From Oopsacas minuta (lineage: Eukaryota > Animalia > Porifera), in assembly GCA_024704765.1 (NCBI GenBank), contig JAKMXF010000111.1, positions 359,113-423,112 on the forward strand: a stretch of DNA of 64,000 nt, written 5' to 3'. Below, piece by piece: positions 11,231 to 24,160 of the stretch (position 1 is its first letter; each line of letters starts with the position of its first letter). Position numbers and translations under genes: made by a program. Under the pieces are notes generated by a model. It did not search any database. It was not told the origin of the DNA and worked only from the letters and a program-made list of their open reading frames with translations.

Positions 11231-14200
11231 TTATATGTTTTCATAAATTTTAATAGCATTCTTGTCGCTTGTCTGTTTTGGAATAACATCATTGCCATAA
11301 ATATTTGATATTTTTATATCTGCATCTGAAGTGTTCAATGATTTCTCATTTGTTCCCAAACACACAGGATTTGATTTTCCGTGAAGTTCTACATTCTCTG
11401 TTCGATTATTAATGGCGTGAGTAGGTATACTTCTCTTTTTGCATAAGAAGATGAAAATTGATACTAGAATGCATGTGCCAATGAGGATAACCATGAACAG
11501 CAAGATAATTATTGCAATGAGTAAAACAGTAAAGGTTGGAGCTGGCGTTGATACTATTGTTGTAAAATGTGTTGTAGGATTTGTTGTAGGATTTGTTGTA
11601 GGATTTGTTATAGGATTTGTTATAGAATTTGTTATAGAATTTGTTATAGGATTTGTTATAGGATTTGTTGTAGGATTTGTTATAGGATTTGTTATAGGAT
11701 TTGTTGTAGGATTTGTTATAGGATTTGTCGTAATTGTTAATGTTCGAATAGATATATGAGCAGTTGTGTAAGTTACGCCAGAACCAGTCAGTCGTATCAG
11801 GGAGAAATTTCCACTATTTGTACTAGTTAATTCGGGGATAATATATGTAGATGTAATTATTGTATCTTTTTGGTTTGAAATCATCCATAAACATTCAGGT
11901 AGACTGCAGGTGAATGTAATATCTTTTGTGCCAAGAAGTATACTGATCACTTTTGGAGATGGAAACATTGGATTAGTTATATCACTGAATGATTCGTTAT
12001 ATCCTTCATAGCTGACTGTTATTGTAGTAGTGTCTAATAATGTAGGGGTATTCGGTATATACTAGAATTTTCACATTGATAATATTATTTATGGCAAATT
12101 ACCTTTGATAGCTAGTTGTAGGCTCCCTAATAATGTAACAGGTCTCATCCCAAATATACAACTGAACACATAGACACCTGTTCCTACATTAGAGAATACT
12201 GTACTCAAAAGAACAGGGTTAGGATACTCAATACTGTAGGTTATATTTTCAGCATCTTTGACTATATCTGTTATCCAACGTATCATACTGCCAGGAATAA
12301 TACTATTATTATTATTTGAATAGTAGATCTTTGAGGCAGGAGAAATCACTGAATACTCAACTTGTAATTGACTATCAAAGTTAGATATAACTACAATGGA
12401 TAAATGCGTATTTTGAGTTGATCACATTATACAATTATACAAATCAATTCCTACCTGTAATTGAATCAATATTGATCTGTATAGCACAGACTTCTTGTCC
12501 ATTCCAGTTAGTTACATACAACTTATACAAACCAACATTTTGTAATGTAACAATATTTGGAATTGTTAGAGTAGAGAGTGAATAGTTTCCATCTGGATGT
12601 ATCCATTTCCCCTCAATGTTACTTGTTATAGAAACATCTTTGACACCAATAGGGATTTCTAGATTATTAATGGCGGGGTACACTGCTGAAATATGTTCAA
12701 CAATAATGTCACCATACAGAACGATTATTTGTGGAACTAGAAACAAATAGGAAATGATGAGTGAGGAATAATATACAGTGACATGAGTACCTTTAATACG
12801 AATAATATTTGTGGAAATTTTAACTCCATTTCGTGAGCAGCTCATGCTCAAGTTAGTTGTTGAAGAATTATCCATCAAACTGTATATATTGATAGGATTG
12901 AGTAGAGTAGCTACATCCTGTACAAACCAGCCAAACAGAGACAAACTGCCACCATCCATAGGATCACATAATAGTAATACATCCTGTCTGTCTACTCCTA
13001 CAATATAGTTGTATGTAGCACCTGATATAGCAACTAGATGGGAGATTATAATGATACAGTAGATAATGGATATAGTGGTAATGTCAGAGGCACTGAATTT
13101 TCTACAAAATTATCACTATATCCATTATAATTATCCATAGTACAACTAAATATGGAAATGATAAAGATAAATCTCTTACCTGTTGTCAAAGAGAGATCAT
13201 ACAAACCAATTGTATGAGATAATGCAGCAGTTAATTGACACTGATAATATCCTTGTTTTGAGATATTAATTGCTAACCAACTGAATCCAGATTCTGTGTT
13301 GCTATGAGTTGCTATCAATTCTTCGCTGTTTGTAAATTCTGCGTTTGCAGAAAATCTCCAGATTACTACACCACTCAATCCACCACAAACTAATGTAATA
13401 GATTCGTGTAAGAACGTGTTGCCATTCAATATTCGAAAGTCCAATCCTTCATTCGTAAGTTCTCCGAATATACCAACTAAAAGAAACCATTTAAACCTCT
13501 TAACCAAATAACTATTAATACATTACATTAGCTGACCTGTTGTTACAGTACTGTTTGATGGTCTTCTACAGATGAATGTATTTCTTATCATTTCACAGCT
13601 TACCGTCTTCCAACTTCCTTGTCCAGCTTTGATTATTTCAACACAATCTTCATCCCCAGCAGATGGTACACCTCCTGTCCAGTTTGTATGACTATATACT
13701 GAACCATCAATCCAGGAATAAGTTCCATCACCATCTCTATCATTCAATCCTATCCAGCAATTACTCACTGTATCAGGGATAATAGTGTATAAGTAATTAT
13801 TCTCTCTCTCTGTAGTAATACTAGTCAAGTCACCACCCCATATAGCACAACTAGATTGAGCATCTAACCAGTTGATTCCATCACTCACTTCAAATACTCG
13901 ATAGCATGAACCTTCATAGATCAGATCACATCCTTTTGAATTACCTATATATATTATGGAACGGGAGGAAATATATTGAGATTCAAATTCGTCGTTTCAT
14001 TTGACACCAATTGATATATAGTATTCATTTTATATTCATTCTCTTCATAGATCTATAAAATTTACAGCTCACAATTACAGTGGAACCTCGCTTAACGGCC
14101 ACTCCAGAATTCCGGCCACTCCAGAATTCCGGCCACTCCGCTATTCCGAATTACGGCCATACTTTTAGAACGAAACCCTATTTTAACTTCAGAATTACGG

Positions 14201-17200
14201 CTAATCTTAACAATAGGAATCACTATTGGATGTTTGAAAACGAAAACAATTTCTGGACAATTAAATAACAATACATTGGAGTGTATACATATAAATGCAA
14301 AGCAGATTAATGAGACAGTAATTCATACATTATTAATGGCATCGAGCAATCGCAATGAGCTGGATCTCAAACGGAAAGTGGGGTTAATTCATAATTCTTC
14401 TGGACAATCGCATCGGCAATTGACAAGTAAGATTCAACATAGGAAAAACCCAAGTATCTTCCATGCTAAAACGAAAACAGAGTATTTGGCCGATTATGAG
14501 ACAGAAAGCGCCATTGCTATTCCAACGAATTTAATGTACTTGACACTACTATGTGGGATTGGTTTCAATCTGCTCGTCCAAAAAACATAACCCTCTTCGG
14601 GCCCTTAATAGAATATGATTTCTTTCAAAAATTTTCACAATTATGGCCACTTTTCTCGGTCCCGAGGGTGACCGTTTTTCCGGGGTTCCACTGTAGTTAT
14701 TTTTCTGGCGCCTTAAGTAAATTAGGATAATCTGCACATTTTTTGCACGAAAAATCTATTTGATAGTTAGTAATATATGAGTGGTTAAAATACTTAGTTT
14801 CTATGTTTTTCATTTACATATCATGACTTTCAAAGAACTCGACAACAATCGTTTCGTTTGTATACATTCGATAGCCTGAGTCCTTGGCCAGTAAACAGAA
14901 TATTAAATAACTAATAGCTATTTCATACGAAAGAAACACGAAACATTTGATAGGAGATATTTTCAACAATTTGCATATTCAGTATTGTTTTCATGGAAAA
15001 ATAGTGTAAATATCAGGCTTCTGATAATTTGAAACAATTACCTGGTTTATTGCAGAAATAACAATTTCTATTATCTGTACAATGCGGATTAGCCCATCCA
15101 TCTGATAATATCGCTCCTGTTGGCCTATATCTGTGTCTACCACAGTTCCAATCATCAGCTGCTACAGGATATGACTGTCCAAATGTGCCGAAGTTCCTAT
15201 AAGTACTGCTACTACCATCTACCCATACAAATGCATTAGCATCAGTTCCAGCATCATTTTCTATATCATTTAGACCAATCCAACATGCAAAATAATTATC
15301 TATATCTGTACTGCTATAGAACAGTAAGCTATCTTCTATTGCTGAGTTGATTGTAACAAGATTTCCTCCCCAGTTCAGGCAAGCAAGTTGACTAGTAAAC
15401 CATGTTGTGCCAGTGCTAGTGAAGAACCCAATTGCTGAATCATCGTATGTTAATTCAATATCAGGAGTTCCTAAAATAACTCTTATAATCAAAATTCGAT
15501 TACTTTTCGATTTGATAGAATTTAGAAGTCATTTACTGATTGTATTATATATGACAAATAACATACCAGTCACTGTAGTTGAAGATGTCAGATTAATCTG
15601 AATGATACATACTTCAACATTATCCCAGTTGTTAGTATAGAAATTGTATATTCCATTGTTTTGTGATGAAAAATTTGGAATAGTTAAAGTAGATCCTGGA
15701 AAATTCGTATCATCTGGAAGAGTCCAACTACCATCAATATTGATTGACAGGATAACATCTTTTACTGCTGAAGGAACTGCTAACGTATTCACATCTGGAT
15801 AGAGTAGTGAAAAGCTTCCAGCTAGTACAACACCGTAACTTATTGTTAACAAGGGAGCTACAAACAATATGAATCGATAATTGTAATCAAAAGAATATTT
15901 CATTCAATATACAAGATGTACCTATTACGCTGATAGTATTTGTTGAAAATACAGAGACACCTCTCCTGCAGGTAAATTCGGTAGAAGTCTCTGGTAAACT
16001 TGCTCTTGAATTATATATATTGATAGGATTAAAGAAGTCTCCGCCACCTGATAGTGTCCATCTCATCATACTCAGACTACCATTGTCCATTGGATCACAC
16101 AACAGTAATACATCCTCTCTGTCAATTCCAACTATATATTGATATGAAGCTCCTGCTGCAACTAAATAGAAGAATTTGAGTTCAATGAATTCGTAAGTGG
16201 GATAATATAAAAAATATCAGAATAATATACTCACCAGTTGTTAAAGATGTATTATACAAACCAATAGTGTATGTCAATGAATCGGCTTGGCACTGATAAT
16301 ATCCTTGTTTATTAATATCAACTGTTAGCCAACTCAATCCATTTTCTGCTTTACTATATGTTGCTGTAAGGACTTCACTATCTGATAGATCTGAGTTCTC
16401 TGAAAAATTCCAAAAGATAACATTACTCTCTTCTCCTCCACAAGCTAATGTACGTGAAGTGAACAAGAAAGTATTTGAATTAACCAATTTGAAGTCAAAT
16501 CTTTCGTTAGTGAGATCTCCAAATCTACCAACTGAGAGTAGATAATATTAATATGAAACATTCCTAGAATATATGTATATCCGTAGTATATAATTACAAA
16601 CCTATTGTTACAGTACTAGTTGATGCTCTTTTGCATACAAAAGTGTTTAGATTATCCTCACAGTTCACACTCTGCCAACTAACATCTCCATCTGTGTTAA
16701 TTTCAATACAAGTACCATCATTAGTGGGGGGATTTGTCCAGTTCGCATAGCTAAATGTTGTACCATCAGTCCAGGTATAAGTACCCTCTTGCCTCCGATC
16801 ATTCAATCCTATCCAATAATTATTACTCATTATGATAGTGTGTAAGTAATTATTCTCTCTCTCTGTAGTAATACTAGTCAAGTCACCACCCCATACAGCA
16901 CAACTAGATTGAGCATCTAACCAGTTGATTCCATCATTCACTTCAAATACTCGATAGCAAAATCCATTATAGATCAGATCACATACACTGGGTGTTACTA
17001 TAGGTACACAAAACACAATTATTGCTCTAATTCTATATACAAATGTTAGATACAAGAGAGAAAGTTACTCTCGGGTACGCAATATATTCTTATCAGGGGC
17101 GTCAGGTTGACCAAAATAATGGAGGGGCCGTTGTACTCACTACTCATTTTACCTTTAACTACACAAATTTTAATGAATTGTAAAATGAATTTTCTATCGA

Positions 17201-20200
17201 ATTTAATGACTTTGTTAACAAATATGACTTTTATAATGGAGAAATTCAGAATATAACATATTTAGAATATCCTTTAATGTATTTCTGAATTGATTAATTC
17301 AAATTTCGTAATTGCTCGATAAGGAATCTATAGTTGTGGTATTTCGTAATTAAACAATAATAAGAGCTTCTAGACTCTACGGTGTGAATAATACAAACAT
17401 TATTAAATCCCGTCAATAACTAGTTGCTCATATTACATTCATTACAAATCCATAAATTTGCATTTTTTATCGGCTAGAAGTATTAAGTATTACAATCATG
17501 TAATACATATTTATTTGCTGTACATTGAGAAAACTAGGAAATTGGAATATTAGAATCTCTTCCAAGTGAGCATAAATTTCAAAGAAACTGGGGGAGCGAT
17601 CCCCCGGAACCTGACACCCCTGTCCTTATACCGTACATATTGCTATAAAAGGTCTCATTATACTTGTATTTACATAAAACATACAAATATTGTGTTACCT
17701 GTTTTTGTGCAGAAGTGACATTCCTTAGGAGTATTACAAACATGATTAATCCATCCATTTGATATAGGGCCAGTACCTCCTGGTTTATATCTGAAACGAA
17801 CACAATCATAATTAGCTGCATCTACAGGGTATGTATTTCCTAATGTTCCGAAGTTCCTATATGTACTTGTGTTGCCATCTACCCACACAAATGCACTACC
17901 ATCAGTACCAGCATCTACAAGTATATCATTCAGACCAATATAGCATCTAAAGTTTATTTGTATATCTGTTATACTATAATATAATAAATCATCTTCTACT
18001 TCTGACTTGATTGTAGCAAGATTTCCTCCCCATAAGATACAGCTGAGTTGTGCAGTTAGCCAGTCTATAGAAGGTGAATTGGTGAAATATCCAAATGTTG
18101 TTCCATCAAATGTAAATTCTTCTTCTGGATCCATAACTAAGATAGATTATGTATTTGTATAAATATCGCTACTTTCTGAGGTAAGTGTATTCAGCGTGTA
18201 TATATTCAAGAGCCTTTTCATGTATGTTAATTTTGCAATATAATTCATAGAATATTTGTTTAAATAATATTTTACCTGTAAGAGCAGGTGATGATGTAAT
18301 GTTAATCTGCATAGCAATCACCTCTTCTTGATCCCAGTTGTCATCAGTATAGAATGTATATATTCCTTCATCAGCTTGTATGAATTCTGAGATAACTAAA
18401 GTGGAACTTGTAGTATCCACACCTTCTGGATCAGTCCATTTTCCTTCTAGGTTAATGGTGAGAGAAACATTTTTTGTTTCTAATGCGACATCAATCACAT
18501 TAATTGATGGATATGTTAATGAGAAGCTTTCAACCAGAAACTGACCGTAGTGAACGGACATTTCGGGAACTAAAGCAACAGTTTGTATATATAAGGATAG
18601 CTTTTATTGAAATGATATGAAACTAACCTGTAATTGAAAGATTGATAGTAACGATGGTAGTGCCATCTCTCATACAGCTAAATTCTGTAGACTCTGTTGG
18701 TAATGTAGCACTCTCAGAATTTACGTGAATTGGGTTATTGTACGTACTATCCCACATAATTGTACTCAAACTACCAATCTCAGTAGGATTACACAACAGT
18801 AATACAGTGTCTCTGTCTACCCCTACTATATACATGTATGTTTGTCCTTCAACCGCAACTAGATAGATAAGCTAGTCTTATCAAAACTGTAAAATATATT
18901 AAAATATATTAAAGTGATCTACTTACCTGTTGTTAAGGATGGATCATACAATCCAATCGTATAAGTTTCTGAATTGGCCTCGCACTGATAATATCCTTGT
19001 TTGGTAATATCAACTGCTAACCAGCTCCATCCAGCTTCCATATTCTCATAGGTTGGTGTTTCTGGTTGACTAGAGGATAGATCTGAATTCTCTGAAAATA
19101 TCCATGTAATGGCTATATTCTCTTCTCCTCCATAAGCTAATGTATTTGAATTGAAGAAAAAATTGTTATCACCAAGTGTTACAAAGTCTAATCTTCCATT
19201 AGTAAGTTGTCCAAATCCTCCAACTAAAACATGTACATATACTATATCAAATTACTTGTGTTTATAGTACAAATAATATATACTGACCTGTTGTTACAGA
19301 TGAAGATCTTTTACAAAGAAAAGCATTTCTCATTGTTTCACAATCCACAGTCCCCCAACTACCCTCTCCAGCTCTTATTATGTCAACACAATCTTCATTA
19401 CTAATAGATGGTTCACTTCCTGTCCAGTTTGTATGACTATATACTAAACCATCAGTCCAGGTATATGTCCCCTCTACACTCCTATCATTCAATCCTATCC
19501 AACAATTACTCACTGTATCAGGGATAATACTGTATAAGTAATTATTCTCTCTCTCTGTTGTGATACTAGTCAAGTCACCACCCCATACAGCACAACTAGA
19601 TTGAGCATCTAACCAGTTGATTCCAGTACTTACTTCAAATACTCCGTAGCAAGATCCATTATAGATCAGATCACATCCTCCTGAGTTACCTATCAAATTC
19701 TGTAACTAAAACTTGAATACAAGTATTTACAACTGATCAATTGGTAGGAATTTAATGAATTTCATTATCGTTTTCACTGTGTTTTCCTTCTTTTATGTAT
19801 TGCTTTAAAGTTTTGGGTCTTATATTTTCCTATAATCAGTTACCTGGTTTGTTGCAGAAGTAACAAGGTCTTGTAAGGGCACAAGGTCTATTAATCCAAC
19901 CTGTTGATAATACACCTCCGACTTGGTATCTGAATCTAACACAGTTATCATCAGCATCTCCTGAGGGACTTGCGAGTCCAAGATTTGGATCGAAGTTCCT
20001 ATAAGTACTGTTACTATCATCTACCCATACAAATGCACTGGCATCAGTACCAGCTTCATTCTCCATATCATTCAGACCAATGTAACATGAAACATAGTCT
20101 ATAACAGGATCTGGTGCACTATAAAACAATAAGCTATCTTCTACTGCTGACTTAATTGTTGCGAGATTTCCTCCCCAATTATTACATTCTACTTCAGCAT

Positions 20201-22653
20201 CTGGCCAATTTATTGGGCTCTCTATGAAGTATCCAAAGATTGTATCGTCATATATTAGAGAAATATTTGGAGTTGTTGCTTGAGCTAAAGAGACAGATTT
20301 AGTACAGTAGTTTGAAATTGATCAACAGTTTGAGATATGTACTTGCCAATTTCCTGATTTTTGCGGGACATCTCCCTATTTTCTCTAATCAGGTTGGCAA
20401 ATACTCGTACAGATATATCCATAGCCTACTAAATATAAGGCCTAACAGTAAAAGTACAAGTGATGCAGTTTTAGCTGCAAGAATTTATATACATGGTTTC
20501 TTTATTGCAGAAATGCATTTCTGCCTGAATAAATGTATTACATTTTTGTAGGACATCAAATTTTACACCAATAAATGCTAAAAATTTCAGGAATGCATCT
20601 ATATATGGGTCTAGCAAGTATATATTTAGAAAATATGTCATTCTTTGATGCCTCGTAGAACGTGAAATATTGCATTTAACAACTCAGAGTGAATAAATGA
20701 TATAATCTATATACTTTATACAAAATGTCAAAAATTTGTCATTTAAAGTTGGCTCATTATTAAGTTACGGTAGGGACCATGGATGAAGAATTTTTATGAT
20801 CATTTAATGATGACTCGAGAATCATTAAAATTATGATGAAATCAGAATAGTCAATAGATACTATTAACCCGACTTCCATACCCTTGTAATACATTTTGAT
20901 ATGATATGTCGCAGCAATGTGACTATGCCCATATATGGTCATTTTAAAGATCCTCAATACTCATGAATTATTTCATATCAAAATGTATTACAAGGGTATG
21001 GGAAGTCGGGTTAGTATCTATTGACTCTTCTGATTTGATCATAATTTTAATGATCCTCGAGTGATAATTAAGTATTCCTAATAATATGTCATCCATGGTC
21101 TCTACCGTAACTTAATAATGAACCAACTTTAAACGACAATTTTTGATATTTTGTATAAAGTATCCTTAGATTATATCATTTATTCACTTTGAGTTGTTAA
21201 ATACAATATTTCACGTTCTACGAGGCATCAAAGAATGACATATTTGACTAAATATATGCTTACTAAACACATATGTTGACACATTCCTGAAATTTTTTTA
21301 GCATTTATTAGTGTGATATTTGATGTCCTACAAATTTGTAATACATTTATTCAGGCAAAAATGTATTTTTCTGCAATAAATAAAGATGTCCATAAATTCT
21401 TTAGGCTAATACTACATCCGTGGTACCAAAATTTCTAGTTACGGTTAGGCCTCATGTTTAGTAGGCTATGATATATCATATATGTTTTTTTGGCATCTGC
21501 ATTTCCGGGACTGTCACGGCCCGTAAATTAGGCACGTCCACTACTGAACGTATTCATTATCTATATTATTTAAATTTAATTATTGTTCGTGTGTTTGTTT
21601 GTGTGTCCACTTTGTATTAAAATAATAGGGAAAGTTGATCTGCGTATATAATATAGGGAATAATATATCCTTCTATTGACGATATAGGAAAAGTAAACAA
21701 TTACATTGGGTAATAGAGTATACTGAATCGGGATTTCATACTTTCGAATTAATCATATGCAAATGTATTTATTGTTTTTATGAATATATGGGAATCAAAT
21801 AGTTGAAATGTCGAAATATGCTTAGAGACTTGCTCTCAACAAACATATAGAGGTAACTAAGTATGCTAAATTTCGCCTTTTTAAGTTTCTCATAAGTGAA
21901 TTCTTTGTTGTTATATGGCTATTGTGAAGAATGGTTGAATTGTTAATTTATTAATTCAATTTGCAATAAAATTTATAAACATCGAAAATTCTATGAAAAA
22001 TCTAGATTTCTGCTCTGTTTATAAGGTAATCTTTCTAGAATACTTCAAAAAATTTAACTTTACAAGTAGAGTAAAAACTTGTGGTGTCTGCAAGTATTAC
22101 ACACTTTAATTGTAGATGTACAAAGAAGAAATTGTATGGAATTCTGAAAACCTTCATCAAGAAATTTCTCTGAAAAGTATCAAGCCGTCGTGTGAAATAC
22201 TAATGATGATGAATCGATTTTATCTACTATATTATCATAGTATGATCTAATCAATCTAAATATTACCCATCTAGTAGCGTAAGAAGCTTGTCTTTACAAT
22301 AATCATGGATAAATATCATAATATGATAATGCAATTCAAAGGTTCTAAAATAAACAATAATGGAGTGTGCATTAGTTAATTCCTGACACCTAACACATAT
22401 TTAGTTTATCGATAATTTAACAAGGTGTAGAAGTGTGTATTAGCTATTGCAAGGTGATAGATCGAATGCTTGCTAGGTCGAGGCGAGTTTCGCACCCGAT
22501 CGATCGGATTCGGTTATGGAAAATGGTGACAGGTTCCATCTTCCATGACTTCCATCTCTGGTCTAGAATGCATTTGTAGTACATACCTGATTTAGTCAGA
22601 ATTATTGTAGCAATTATCACAAATAATAATACAACTTTACAATAGAATTCCAT
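11231..22653 (-). CDS. Gene A: C-type lectin / Ig-like multidomain type I membrane receptor without a PTP domain (18 exons, ~2047 aa)
   Basis: GT-AG exons: 22653-22587 (signal MEFYCKVVLLFVIIATIILTKS), 20284-19844, 19689-19288, 19223-18927, 18858-18628, 18569-18276, 18136-17699, 16997-16602, 16531-16235, 16161-15922, 15857-15567, 15470-15042, 13944-13537, 13476-13180, 13033-12791, 12736-12455, 12390-12103, 12033-11231. All internal exons are multiples of 3 (phase 1-1). Six CTLDs (W..A...C..WGG.L..I, WIGLND, W.DGS), Ig-like domains (GYYQC; G.Y.FY), a TM helix and a short tail. Confidence 0.85.
11571..11728 (-). repeat. Coding 12-bp tandem repeat, ~13 copies, encoding a (TNPI/TNPT/TNSI)n mucin-like stalk in gene A
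   Basis: The AGGATTTGTT(G/A)T unit lies directly before the TM helix. Confidence 0.9.
14078..14693 (+). mobile_element. Internally deleted pogo/Tigger-like element
   Basis: TA|CAGTGGAACCTCG ... CGGGGTTCCACTG|TA. It retains a frameshifted N-terminal HTH (ELDLKRKVGLI..SHRQL..FNIGKTQVSSMLKRK). It lies in gene A intron 12. Confidence 0.85.
17094..17622. mobile_element. MITE (~530 bp)
   Basis: 15-bp TIRs CAGGGGCGTCAGGTT / AACCTGACACCCCTG (1 mismatch), with an imperfect flanking repeat TTCTTAT/TCCTTAT. Intronic in gene A. Confidence 0.7.
20420..21470. mobile_element. Foldback (near-complete palindrome) element, ~1.05 kb, in intron 1 of gene A
   Basis: Arms of about 500 bp are inverted around about 20940 (e.g. 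TTCTTTGATGCCTCGTAGAACGTGAAATATTG vs CAATATTTCACGTTCTACGAGGCATCAAAGAA). Flanked by a direct repeat with an ATATATC core. Confidence 0.85.
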
Positions 22654-24160
22654 TATTTCAGAATTCCTCAACATTTTAGATTTTTGTTGATTGATTCATT
22701 CAATAACTTTCATTATATAATAATGCAAGCATTACAGAGGATAATTTACTGTATTAGTTAGAAATATAATACATCCTTTATGATTTCTAATAATGAAAAA
22801 TATTTTAGTATATGAATAATGTACTGCATTATTTCAGAGTCTGTGCATTAGATTTCCTGGAAGTACAGAAGTCCTGTAAGGTACACACACACAAACACCA
22901 TTTATGGTAACATGCCTAAAGTTATATGACTCACACAAGTGAATATTTTCCCTTAGATCTCTGAACACGCGTCAGAGTCTCATTACACGTCGGCGGCTGG
23001 AAGATGAAAGAAAGTGTACACCAAAATTCATATAACAGTATGATTCATGAATTCTTTGATTGAAAATATGGTCGAAGTTAAGTATATATAATTTCACTGT
23101 TGGAAGACATAGGACTTCAGCCGTGATCGGTTTTAGCGAGTAATTGTTTTTAAAGTGAAAGAGCATCAACCTCTCAGTTTGGTGGAAATTTGTTCCCAAA
23201 TGAAATATATACATAAGTCTCACTTATAGCTAATTTATTCGATAAAATTCGAAAAAGTTTCGTTAACATTCAACGTGTTTGCAACCGAATAGTTCAATAT
23301 TTGGTTACCAACCGAATATCAGTATTCGGTTAAGCAACTATTCATCAATACTGATATTCAGTTCGATCGGTTTCAACTTTGAAATTCACCCATTTTTACA
23401 ATTTAGAAACAAAGATTAGTAGCAATAGATTAGAAGAAAATCGAATCTATGAATTAGCCCAGTTTCAGTGACTAATATCAACAATACATGTAATTTCGCA
23501 TTTTCAAGTTTCTTATATGTAATTTTATTGTTGCTTTTATGAATATAAAGTAAATATATTAGTAAAATCTCAAAATATACATAGATACTTACCCCAAACG
23601 GCTATAAAGGGGGTAAATTCTTGCATGTAACTCCACCAATTCTAGAAGAGCACTAGAAGTACCTATTGTTTACTATCAAATATTGAACATCTAAGAACAA
23701 TAGAATTATTACCGATGACATAGTGATATAAAATGAATATTTTTCATTTACTTTCAGCAAAAAACCTATACCAATATTAAAATTCTAGAAGATTACGCAG
23801 GTGTAGAATATTTTCTCTTTCGAAATCTGTGAAAATTTTGGCACCTTGCCTTTCATAATTTTTGCTAGATGCCAGACTAAATTTTGGCCAGTGTGAAATA
23901 GTGGCACTTGGTGTCCGATTGATTAGCAAAGGGGATGGGGGGTACACCCGACGAATATCTTCAATAGTTCTCAAACCATATGTCAGCTTAATTCTATCTA
24001 GTTTTGGCTACAGGGCTTTCAAGGAGAATAATATATAGACAACCATTTCAAACTGGGCCACTATACTAAAGTATAGTCGGAACAGTAATAATCTATGCTC
24101 TATATTCTCACTAATCAGAAAGGTCCGAAAGGTTATACAATTTTGGAAAATGATAAAAAA

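Noticed and set aside
11231-11300. ITIM in the gene A tail
   Set aside because: IKIYENI has Lys at Y-2, so it misses the [ILVS]xYxx[ILV] consensus; recorded as YxN only.
11439-11759. Hydrophobic (VGFV)n ORF; likewise 61208-61603
   Set aside because: Antisense reading of coding tandem repeats that happen to lack stops.
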